From: Octopus sinensis
Taxonomy: Eukaryota
Length of the DNA stretch: 64,000 nt
Reading direction: 5' to 3'
Assembly: GCF_006345805.1 (NCBI RefSeq)
Contig: NC_043005.1
Span: forward strand, 63,736,001-63,800,000
Position numbers and translations under genes: made by a program. Numbering within the stretch: position 1 is the first letter of the stretch; every line of letters starts with the position of its first letter. Below are positions 14,571-25,138 of this stretch, piece after piece. The notes below the pieces were generated by a model that was not told the origin of the DNA, ran no database searches, and saw nothing but the letters and a program-made list of their open reading frames with translations.

Positions 14571-15737
14571 GTGTTATACACAACACTAAATTCAATTTTC
14601 AACAAATCCGAAAATAATACACACGCACCAAATGAAACACAGCAGGACATCATACGCACCCAAATTAACCCAGCAAAAAGAAAAATAGGAAACATTTGGA
14701 ATACTATCCTGCACAACAGAAAACTCGCCTTCTGGAACATGATAAAAAATTCCAACAAAGCAGATATTTACGAGGGATGGAAAAACTCAACACCAATTAT
14801 CCTCCCACGCAAATTCCAGATAAAATTAATTCCTAACGAGCCTGACGGACAGAGATCTATTAGGGAAAAGTCAGCTCTGTTCAATTTTAGATCAGAAATA
14901 GAGCTTCTAAGACTCAGGGCCTCCACAAATGAGGAAAAATTTAAAAGCATAGACGAGGAGATGCACAATATAATACTGAAACATACCGAGGGACAACCCC
15001 TCGAAAATACATTAGATCATTGGAAGGATACTTGTGAGAGAGAAGAGAGAAATTCCCTCCTACGCTGGGAGAAAAACATGGACTTCTTCCAAAAATATAG
15101 TGAAACTTTCAAAAATGAATTGGGTACAAATAATCCCTTCCTTAAGAAAATTACAATAAATAAAAAAGAAAAACCAAACAACCCACGAACAACCCCCAAC
15201 TATCCTCCATACACTAAAAACAGAAATCACCCACAACCAACCTTTGCAAACCACGCAAGACCTAACAGGGAACTAGCTGACAGAGGACACGTCTATGAAA
15301 TAAATTACACCAAAAACAGAACACACCAACAACATCCTAATACCAGACCCAACCACCATACAGCACAAAACGACACTAGAATAAGAAATACACCACACAC
15401 AAATCGCTACTACCCCATGAACCAAAATTACTGGTCCCCAATAAACACAAGACAAACGCAAAAAAACACTATGTCAAGCAACATCCCACATATAAGCAGT
15501 TCGAAACAAAAATATTTCCCATACAGAAATTTTACACACACGACAAACAATAACAACCATAGATTCACACACACACACAACGATCGGGGGCAACAATACC
15601 ACCACTCCCCCGACCAAATACCACACAACCTCACAGACAACTCATACAAACAAAATTACACCCAACATTTTTTAGCCAGGGACCAGGGACACCAGGACAC
15701 AGGCTGGAACCTAGTAATAAGGAAAAACCGAAGATAA
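14571..15737 (+). CDS. PLE ORF1 (helical N-terminal domain plus N/T/H/P-rich low-complexity tail), probably 5'-truncated at the inversion junction
   Basis: 388 uninterrupted codons. Complex helical-looking N-terminal half (...RKLAFWN...LPRKF...EIELLRLRA...WKDTCEREE...). Overlaps the RT frame at 15563-15737. Confidence 0.75.
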   Translation: MLYTTLNSIFNKSENNTHAPNETQQDIIRTQINPAKRKIGNIWNTILHNRKLAFWNMIKNSNKADIYEGWKNSTPIILPRKFQIKLIPNEPDGQRSIREKSALFNFRSEIELLRLRASTNEEKFKSIDEEMHNIILKHTEGQPLENTLDHWKDTCEREERNSLLRWEKNMDFFQKYSETFKNELGTNNPFLKKITINKKEKPNNPRTTPNYPPYTKNRNHPQPTFANHARPNRELADRGHVYEINYTKNRTHQQHPNTRPNHHTAQNDTRIRNTPHTNRYYPMNQNYWSPINTRQTQKNTMSSNIPHISSSKQKYFPYRNFTHTTNNNNHRFTHTHNDRGQQYHHSPDQIPHNLTDNSYKQNYTQHFLARDQGHQDTGWNLVIRKNRR

Positions 15738-18004
15738 TCAATCTTTCAACCAAACCTCTTTCTAACATAAAAATTGACATCCTCTCAAAAGGGTTCAAGT
15801 TTACACCAACTCTACGCAGAGCCAACCTAAATGAAATCAAAGATAATATAACAGAATTTTGCAGAAAATTAAGACTAGCAGAAGCATCGACCAGTTTCAA
15901 TACTGAAGATGAATCACTAGTCAAGAACAAAAGGGAACACATCCCACACAGAGGAAGAAATAAAGATCTTGACGAATTCTGTAACCACATTGAGAACTTC
16001 CCCTACCATACTATACATAAACAGAAAGCTAACTCAAATTTTAACACTACACAATGGAAAGAACTGATAGAACTTCAAAATGATGAGGATATAACCATTA
16101 AGGAAGCAGACAAGGGAAATGCAGTTGTAATAATGGATACATCATACTACAGAAATCTTGTAATTTCCTTGCTTGATGACGACCTACATTATGAAAAAAT
16201 TACCAACTACACCCCACAAAAAATAATGGAAACTCTATCTTCACTAATTAAAACCCATGAAAAGGAACTAACAACCAAAGAGATTGACTTCCTAACAAAC
16301 TTTAAATGCAAACCTAGCCTTTTCTATGGTCTGCCAAAAATCCATAAAAGTCAAATTATAAATGAAACCATTAAAAAATCACCAAAGACATACATACACA
16401 CACCTAACCCGGGGGACCTAAAACTACGACCCATTGTAGCTGGCCCAACCTGTGAAACACACAGACTAAGTCTACTTATGGACATCCTCCTGAAACCCTT
16501 CCTTAAACATATCGATAGCCACATCAGAGATGACTTAGATATATTAAACCACCTTCCAAAAAAAGCCAAGGAAGAAACAATCCTGGTTTCATTTGATGTA
16601 GTCAACTTGTATACCAGTATACCTCATAATTATGGACTGGAGGCAATACAGTTCTGGTTAGACCAATTTCCGGAGGAAATACCAAAAAGGATCAGTAAAG
16701 AATTCATTACTAAATCAATTGAATTCATCCTACACAATAACCACTTCATGTTTGACAATACATTTTACCGTCAAAAATCCGGAATTGCTATGGGTACAAG
16801 GGCAGCACCAGTCATTGCGAACTTAACAATGGGATACATGGAAATAATCATTTACCAGGAATCTTTATCAATCTTTGGAAATCCCCTCTCTCAATACATA
16901 AAAGAGAACTGGAAACGATTCTTAGACGATTGTTTTATTCTCTGGAATGAAAACACAGATAAACTCCTAAAATTTAAAAACCTATTGAACAGCATAAACC
17001 CAAATATACAGTTCACAATGGAATACAACCAAAAGGAGCTCCCGTTCTTGGATATACTAATTTAAAAAATTAACCTTAAAATAGAAACAGACATTTTCTA
17101 CAAAGCCACAGACGCCAAGCAATACCTTCTCTTTAATTCATGCCACCCAAGACACACTAAAACAAACATCCCCTTCAACCTTGCAAGAAGGATATGCACA
17201 ATAGTGTCAGAACAAAATACCAGGAACTTTAGACTGCAAGAACTCAAAAACACCCTAATTGACAGACATTACCCAGCTCAACTCATAGAGGATGGGATCA
17301 GACGTGCAACAGAAATCAACATAGAAACTTTAAGAAAAGTTCAACACAACAACACACCTTCCCCGAAAATACTACCTTACATATCTACATACAACCCCAG
17401 AAACAAAGAAGCCTTCACCATCATCACCCAGAATTTACCAATACTTCATAAAAACCCCAAATAAAAGGAAATTCTAAACATACACCAAATCATTAAAAGC
17501 TACAAACAGCCTAAATCACTTAAAAAGATTCTCACAAAGGCAAAATTGTCTTCTGAAATTACGGATGCAAAAGTAAAAAAATGTGGTAGATCGAACTGTG
17601 CAACATGTCCTAACCTACTAGAAGGATCAGAATTCCTCTTTAAAGAGGGACAGAAATTCAAGATCAAATCTAACTTTACTTGTGCCTCTGAAAACATAAT
17701 TTATGTCATAAAATGCTCGGGCTGCCACCAAGACTACGTGCGTTCCACGGGACTATCACTCAGACGTAGATGCACACTGCATCGACAACAGATTGCATTC
17801 CCAGAATATAGAATGATACCTTTTAGTGAGCACATTGAGAAATGCGCAAAGCAACTACTACCACAATTTTTAATCTTTCCATTTTACCAATGTGCTTTCG
17901 GATCATCAACACAAATTAGACTAAACAAGGAAACATTCTTCATTGAAAAGTACAAGCCCAGACTCAACCATCCGAACATACTGATACAGAGAAATTCACA
18001 TTAA
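15668..18004 (+). pseudogene. PLE ORF2: reverse transcriptase plus GIY-YIG endonuclease, two in-frame TAA stops (17063-17065, 17462-17464)
   Basis: One frame throughout: KIINLS...KGFKFTP, KEADKGNAVVIMD, SFDVVNLYTSIP, QKSGIAMGTRAAP, RFLDDCF, PFLDIL, SCHPRH, NIIYVIKC...YVRSTG (YIG-like motif altered), KYKPRLN. Confidence 0.92.
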
Positions 18005-18332
18005 GAGAAAGGAAAAAACATTTTAAGCGATTATCTCCCTTACACCGGAAGAAATCACTCACTACCTTCCCTTATTTAGAACTCTCCGGAGCATAAACAC
18101 AAGGATAACTCTATTAAACATAAATATAACGTCACAAGAAATTTGAAAAGCTAAATGCGAAACCGGTCTTCCTTTAAAAATTATGTCATTATAAAGGAAC
18201 AAAAAAAATTTTTTTTTAATTTTCTAATATTCTTCAGACATATTGACGCAAATATATATATTTTTTAACATTTAAGCCTTCTGTCGGTTTTTCACTCTTT
18301 ACTATTTTTTATATACATATATATATACATTC

Positions 18333-18403
<71 letters not shown>

Positions 18404-19014
18404 TACACATACACGTGTATATACATATATAGACACATATACGTAAGTAAATGTATAGGTATTTAGGCATATATATAATACATATATACATATATATATA
18501 TAACACATATACACATTGTGGATGTGTGGGTGTTTGTGTGTGTGTGCGCGCGCGCGTGTGTGTGTGTGTTGAGCTTTATAAAACTCATTACTCGCTTTTT
18601 AGCATTTTCTCTTCTTACAATGCCAAAAACATCTCGGACATATTTCGTTGGATTAATTTTGGCTCCACTCAGCTGACTAACTAAACAATCTTTCGCATGA
18701 TTAATTATTTATGTCAAAACTAGTATCCAGATATACAAGTTATTTAAAGAGGCAAGCCTTTATCTAGCACACAATTCCAGCTGTCTCTTCAGATTTTTAC
18801 AGATAAAAGGGTTGAATTATGTAGGCAAGACATCGTTATATTTTCTCAATGTATAAATTAATATTTATCTATGAATACAAGATAGAGTCATAGTTTCCGT
18901 ATTTCCCCAAACAAAATATGAATAGTTTCTAACATTTCTAAACTTTTGTGAATATAAAGAAGAAATGCATGTATTTTTGCTTGACCTAGGAGGTCTATAT
19001 ATAAACATATATAT

Positions 19015-20195
19015 ATTGAGACATCTCATAAATAATGCGGTTTTTTATACTTTTATTTTTCAAAATTAAGATAAACAAAGATATTTTAAATCTAGAATAT
19101 ACTTTCCTTCATCTTTTGCAATGCCCTTCCATCTATCTTCACTTGTTCGTAACGAGACCTCGTCTGGAGAATTAATATTTTATCCATCTGAATGATTTCG
19201 GAGACTGCGGGATAAATGATAATGAGATGGGACAATGTCCTGCGAAGATGATGAGTCGCGCATCGTTTCCCACTCAAACTGCTCCGGTCTATCGAATGAC
19301 ATCCTCGCTGTATTATCCTGATAAAAGAACACCTTTCCTCTTGAAACCAAATATGGTCGTTTTCTTCTAGCGGTGACTTAAGCTGCTCAAACTGCGTGCA
19401 GTAAATCTATTTTGTTATTATGTGTATGGGCTTAAAAGTTCAAAGTGGACTAAACATTTCATATCCCATCAAAAAGATAACAACTTACGTGGATAAGACT
19501 TTCTTTAGCCTGGGGTGCCGGTGTTTCTCCTTTCCCTACCCACTGTATTCGACGCTTGACATTTTTATAGAGAACCCAATTCTCGTCACCAGTCACTATT
19601 CGGTCCAAGAAAAGGTTCATTCGCAAGATGCGACAGTAAAGAACAGCACACATTCACTCTCTGCATTCGATTAAACTCGGAGAGTTTGTGAGGAACCTAT
19701 TGACCCAATTTGCTGACTTTTCCTATGGCACGTAGTTGTTGATGAATAGTTAAATGTCTAAATACAAACTTCTCTGCTAGCTCTTCAACAGTTACGATGG
19801 GATTTTCTTTCACCAGTGTTTGCAGGACGTGTTCGTCGAACTCTACAGATCTTCCACGTCTTTTAGGCTATAGTTTGTGGTTCGGAATTTCTGGCATCGC
19901 CTTTGACACTAGCTTACGCTTATTGTCTGATCCCCATATATTGCATCAATATTCCATGCACTTTTTGCTGTATTTTGGCTTTATTAAATTCATAAAGCGA
20001 AATAGGCCGAATAATCCCTTTGTCGCATTCGTTATAGCTTTGAAAGTATAACTGTTAAAATGGAACCGCACTCTTCAAAACTTAAAGTAAGAATAAGTTC
20101 AAGGTAAAATTACTACCTGGTGTATAGTAAGTTTATCCTGCCCACCCCCGAATTATTGTGCATGCAATTGAAAAGACGGCATTATATATTTGCTG
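19015..20195 (-). mobile_element. Mariner DNA transposon relic, near full length with both degenerate TIRs
   Basis: FLDRIVTGDENWVLY motif on the minus strand. TIR CATCTCATAAATAATGCGGTTTTT at about 19020. The 5' region is homologous to 9150-9330. Confidence 0.9.
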
Positions 20196-20285
20196 AATCA
20201 ATACATGCATCAAAAACACACTCATAGAAAGAGAGAAAGACACACATACACACATATTTACTGAAACATAAATATATATGATTAT

Positions 20286-20360
<75 letters not shown>

Positions 20361-20394
20361 TATATATATAAGCATATAGGAGTACAGGACGTCA

Positions 20395-21035
20395 CCAACT
20401 GTAAACAACATGTAATACGAAAACAAATACGTTAAATACGCAAACAAGGAATGAAAAATGGAAAACCGGACAAGTAACACAATGAGAGACCCTTCATCAG
20501 TTGTCGACTGTTATCTACTCCTCATTTCGAGCATTCAACGACAATATGAGTCTTCGAAGATAGTTGCTCCCATGAATTCCAAATTAAATTTTGGATTTAT
20601 GGCGAGTCGAAGTTGGAAACAAAACCAGGAAAGTGGAGACGTACAAGGAAACCGAACGAAAACAAACATAGAGGGTCGTCAAACTAGAACGAGGAGATAT
20701 TAGTGAACGCTAGGTGGAATATTTTCTTTGAAAAGAGAGAAGATAGAAGACGTCCAGTCCTTGGAAGAGAAAGTGAGAGAGAGAGACAGAAAACAGTGAA
20801 GGAAAGAAAAACAGAATTAAAGAAGGGTTGGTGAGAAGGATGGGGGAGGAAACATCTTTCGCTGATTCCCTTTTTCTCCTCATATTGTCGCTGAATGCTC
20901 GAAGAGAGGAGGAGATAGACAGCCGACAAATGATGAAATGTCATTCTTTGTGACACTTGTCCTGTTCTCCATTTTTTCTCTCGATGTTTGCGTATTTAAC
21001 GTGTTTGTTTCGTACCTCATGTTGTTTACAGTTGG
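20395..21035. mobile_element. Non-coding mini-element with about 155-bp inverted terminal repeats (20395-20550 and 20879-21035) around a purine-rich spacer
   Basis: Arms align by eye with moderate divergence (CCAACTGTAAACAACATG...CGACAATATGAG versus its reverse complement). Each arm carries hammerhead core motifs pointing outward. Confidence 0.75.
20489..20550 (-). ncRNA. Candidate hammerhead ribozyme with permuted (pseudoknotted) strand order
   Basis: Minus strand: CTCAT-A-TTGTCG-ttgaat-GCTC-GAAA-TGAG-gagtagataacagt-CGACAA-CTGATGA-A-GGGT. Stem I 6 bp, stem II 4 bp (2 GU), stem III 5 bp, full core. Confidence 0.45.
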
Positions 21036-21087
21036 CTGCAGTCAAATGACTGAAGCAAGAGAAAGACTAGAAGAATAAAATAATCTT

Positions 21088-21245
21088 TACAGTCTGAGTT
21101 CAAATTCCGCCGATGTCGACTTTGCCTTTCATCCTTTCGGGGGTCAATAAATTAAGTACCAGTTGCGTACTAAGGTTGAGCTAATCGACTGGAGCCCTCC
21201 CAAAAAAAATGTCGGTCCTTGTGCCTAGAGTAGAAAATAAAAAAA
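21088..21245 (+). mobile_element. SINE family C, 5'-truncated
   Basis: CTGAGTTCAAATTCCGCCGA.GTCGACTTTGCCTTTCATCCTTTCGGGGTC is shared with 52594-52814 and 34542-34720. Confidence 0.8.
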
Positions 21246-22113
21246 ATAATTGTACTTACTTTCGTATATCTTCATATGAGAGGAACTGGTATCAAATATG
21301 TTTAGACTGGACCGTCAAACCAAAGATATATGCAATTTATTAACGTTCCCATTCCTTGACAATATGACCTCCTGCTCCATAGGCTCCTCCATATGTCACA
21401 CCTATTTGTGAACCACTCTAATTGAAGCTGTTCAAACTCCTTATCTTTACTATGAGAGCAAGAAATAAACTTATTGATCAGTTTAAAATAGTTTGTTACC
21501 AGTGCATTCCACCGAGCTCAAACACATTAATACAGCGATGATGATGATGATACGTTTTACTTTAAGTAAATTAGAGTTAATTGAATAGCTCTCGCAAGTG
21601 TTAAATATTTAATTACAGAAATTGTATTTGCTGTATTACATAATTAAGTTTATAGATGATTCTTCGGCTGAAATAATTTATTAATTTTTCCCACTTGGTT
21701 ACTACCAAAAGTCATGTGAAATAGAAGTACTTAAATGTGCAAACGTATGATATACTTACATTTTAATGTTTCTGGAAAAAAAACCCAGATAAAACTTGTA
21801 GAAATGAAATACCAAAGGTATAATTAGATGTATATAATGTTTAATTTCTCATACATTTTACGTGATCTAGCTATTATAGTCATCTTCTGAAAGGTTTAGA
21901 CAATGCAAAAGTTTAGACTACAGTATTCGACCGATCATTATTATTGAATGAGAGAGCAGCGCGTGCCATCAAAGTGACGCTAGGGTACAAATATACACAT
22001 GGCTATGATGCTTCCCCACTTCTGTTCGTAATCAGAGATGTACACATCGTTAGCCAGTAAGGGCTTTGTTTGCATCAGGGCATTATCATTATTATTATTA
22101 TTATTATTATTAT

Positions 22114-22171
<58 letters not shown>

Positions 22172-22189
22172 TGTAGTAGTAGTAGTTAT

Positions 22190-22560
22190 TCCTTTTATCG
22201 CAGATTTTTTGTCACACTTGGGGGGTCTTGCATGCGTAGCGGGTTTGCTGTCTGCAGCCTATGTTACATGCCAACTGTTGTTTTCAACTATCAAATACGT
22301 TCCTGATTATTCTGTTCGTGCCTTTTGTAACATTTCTACTGGGTACTCTATTCCAATTTCCTTCATATTTCTCTTGATGCTTTCGGATACAGTACCCAAG
22401 GAACCAATAATAATTGGCACTATCTTCACGTTCATTTTTCATAGTCGGGCAATTTCGTACTTAAGAGGATTGTATATATCAATTTTTTCGCCTTCCTTCT
22501 TGACTATTCGTGGGTCAAAGGGACACGCAATATCATCTATATAGCACATGTGTTCATGTT
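22190..22560 (-). mobile_element. 3' fragment of an R4/Dong-like non-LTR retrotransposon (restriction-like endonuclease) ending at a (TAC)n/(TAA)n array
   Basis: Minus-strand translation DIACPFDPRIVKKEGEKIDIYNPLKYEIARL*KMNVKIVPIIIGSLGTVSESIKRNMKEIGI resembles the REL endonuclease C-terminus. Confidence 0.75.
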
Positions 22561-23288
22561 AAAATATTCCCATTTTAAAGTTTGAAGCGTTTTGTATACC
22601 AGCAGGTTTCGGGTTGTAAATTGGTGGAGACCACAATTGACAGACAGTCATATGAATTCATATAATTAGATTAGTAAAATCAAATTAAGATATTAACTAG
22701 TAATAACGAGTTAAATACATGAGTAAGAACTTCTCAAGAATAGCAGGACCTTACACATAATGAGTGTCATCAAGGACGTGAAGAAATTGCAAAGAAGATT
22801 TTGATAATCTTAAACCATGTCACGGTTTATTTTCCTATTTTTTCTATCCAGGCAAATACTAGTTTTGTCATGAGCTTCAAATGCTCAGCTCCATGCCGCA
22901 AAATTATACAGAAAGTTTTGGCGCCATCTCGGCTAAACAAAACTTTTGTTAATTATGCAATAAGAACACTATGCAATAAGACTGATCACTTAAAATTAAA
23001 AACTTCAAGCAACACGATATGCAAGCATGCATGAAGGAATGCATATATGTATGTATGCATGTATGTATGTATGTATGTATGTATGTATGTATGTATGTAT
23101 GTATGTATGTATGTGCGTGAGTATGTATGTATGTGCTTGTGTATGTATGTATGTACTGTGTCAAGTGATATAATATACAGCACACGTAACAAAGGGTAAA
23201 GTGAGTACTTTTATGTTATATACAACAAATTAATAGAAACCAATACATATACGCACACACAAATATATACACGTGTATACATACGCAT

Positions 23289-23360
<72 letters not shown>

Positions 23361-23364
23361 AATA

Positions 23365-24880
23365 GATCAAAATAAAAATAAAAATAAAGACATGAGGCGA
23401 AGGATTCAGCGGTACATATGTTTCGGGCCTTTATTAGACAGATTCATAACAAATCATAATGTATGTCTGTGGCCTTCTTCAGCCGCGCAAACAGCTTCCA
23501 CAAGGACATGTGTTACTTCCTAAATTCTTGGTTGGGGATGCAAATCTTCTCGTTCCCGTACGACATAATGCGGCAGCAGCATCGAATTGAATCGTCCATC
23601 TCTTTCCTCTCTCAATGTAGAATGAGGAACTTGGATGTTGAGGTAATGTAAATAAATAAATACGTATATAGAGGTGAAGATGGAGGGGCGAGAGTTCGGG
23701 ACGAGGGATAAAAAATATAAAATAATATAAAATAATATAAAAATGTAGAGGATAAAGATATAAAGAGTTGTAAGGAGATGTAAAGGGGGTATAAAGAAAT
23801 ATAAAGAAATATAAATAAATGTAAAGGCATAATGTTGTAAAGTAAAAATAGAAATGGAAATAATAGTAAAAGAAGTAAAAGAACCTGATAAAAACATGAT
23901 AAAAGTGTAAAAGAATGTAAAGATAAGGGATGTATAGAGGTCGCGGACCCAGCATGGTGGTCAGGAGATTGATAAAACTTGGTTGTAGAACTGTCAGTAA
24001 ATTAACGGTTTCGTCGTAAATCAGAGCTGATGAGAGTTTAATCTGGTTCCTTGAATTAAATGGACTTTCAGTACATACATATCATCATGGGTACATACAC
24101 CCACATACACGCGTACATATACGTCTCCAAGTCTATAAGCAAACACACGCACTCGCGTGTAAACACGTACATAAACACACACGCACCCACACGCACGCGC
24201 GCACACACACATACATACAACAGAATATCCGCATATATAGACGGACATTACGCGCGTACACGCTCACATGTATATACGCGCGCCCCTCACTACATACGTA
24301 CACGTATATGCCCACGTCTCTAGGTCTAGGTATAAGATAATAAAGGATGTGTATAAGAACATATGTAAAGAATCCCGTACTCATGTTAATACGCGCACGC
24401 ACACACGGCTGTGTGTCCGTATGTGCGTGCACATATATATATTCACATACACACACAGAGACACACGCGCCCATGGGTATAGTCATAAGATATCGAAGTA
24501 TGCATGTACATATACGCGCGCGCATATGTATGTATGCGCATACACACGTACGCGGACGCTCGGATACTCAAAAAGCGGATCCATAGGTAAGTAAATAAAC
24601 ATATATAGAGGTGTAAAGCGATAAATTAGGGGTAAGAATGAGGGTAAGGGTAAAGATTAGAAATAAAAAATACAGTATAAAATAAGAAATACAATGTAAT
24701 AGTTAGAAATGAAATATAAGAATTATAAGGGTTATAAGAGTTAAGGTAAGGGATGAAAATGAAAATGAGAGTAAATGGCAGTAGAATAAACGTAAAAATA
24801 AGAGTAGAAATAAAATTAAAAATAAAAATAAATGGAAGTAGGATAAAAGTAAAAATAAAAATGAAAATAAAAATAAAAAT
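23365..24880 (-). repeat. Left arm (sense 3' pLTR/UTR) of the 1.5-kb inverted repeat
   Basis: Reverse complement of 26469-27981 with only a handful of substitutions and indels seen. Confidence 0.95.
23409..23486 (-). ncRNA. Type I hammerhead ribozyme (sense copy), GUA cleavage triplet
   Basis: Reverse complement of 27861-27938. Confidence 0.85.
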
Positions 24881-25138
24881 AAAAATAAAAATAAAATAAA
24901 ATAAAATAAAATATAAAAATAAAAAAATAAGGTAAAAATATAATTTTGTAAAGTTTAACATGAGATGGAGGTGGCCCACATATATATATATATATGTGTA
25001 TATGTACACACACATACACGTATGTGCACATACACACGCACACACACACACACACACACACATACACACGCGGGATGTGCTGGAGCCGACAGGTTGCACC
25101 GGGTGGGAGGAAATAGCATGGGGGAGTTGGTATAAGAC

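Larger units (their letters stand above)
14489..18315 (+). mobile_element. Penelope-like element, Neptune-like, near full length, between (TA)n arrays
   Basis: ORF1 plus an RT/GIY-YIG ORF. 71-bp inverted termini at 14489-14559 and 18244-18315. Cys linker CGRSNCATC and CSGC inside the endonuclease. Confidence 0.92.

Noticed and set aside
24000-24060. CTGATGAG and a nearby CGAAAC as a second hammerhead in the pLTR
   Set aside because: The two motifs are on opposite strands and no complete set of stems could be built.
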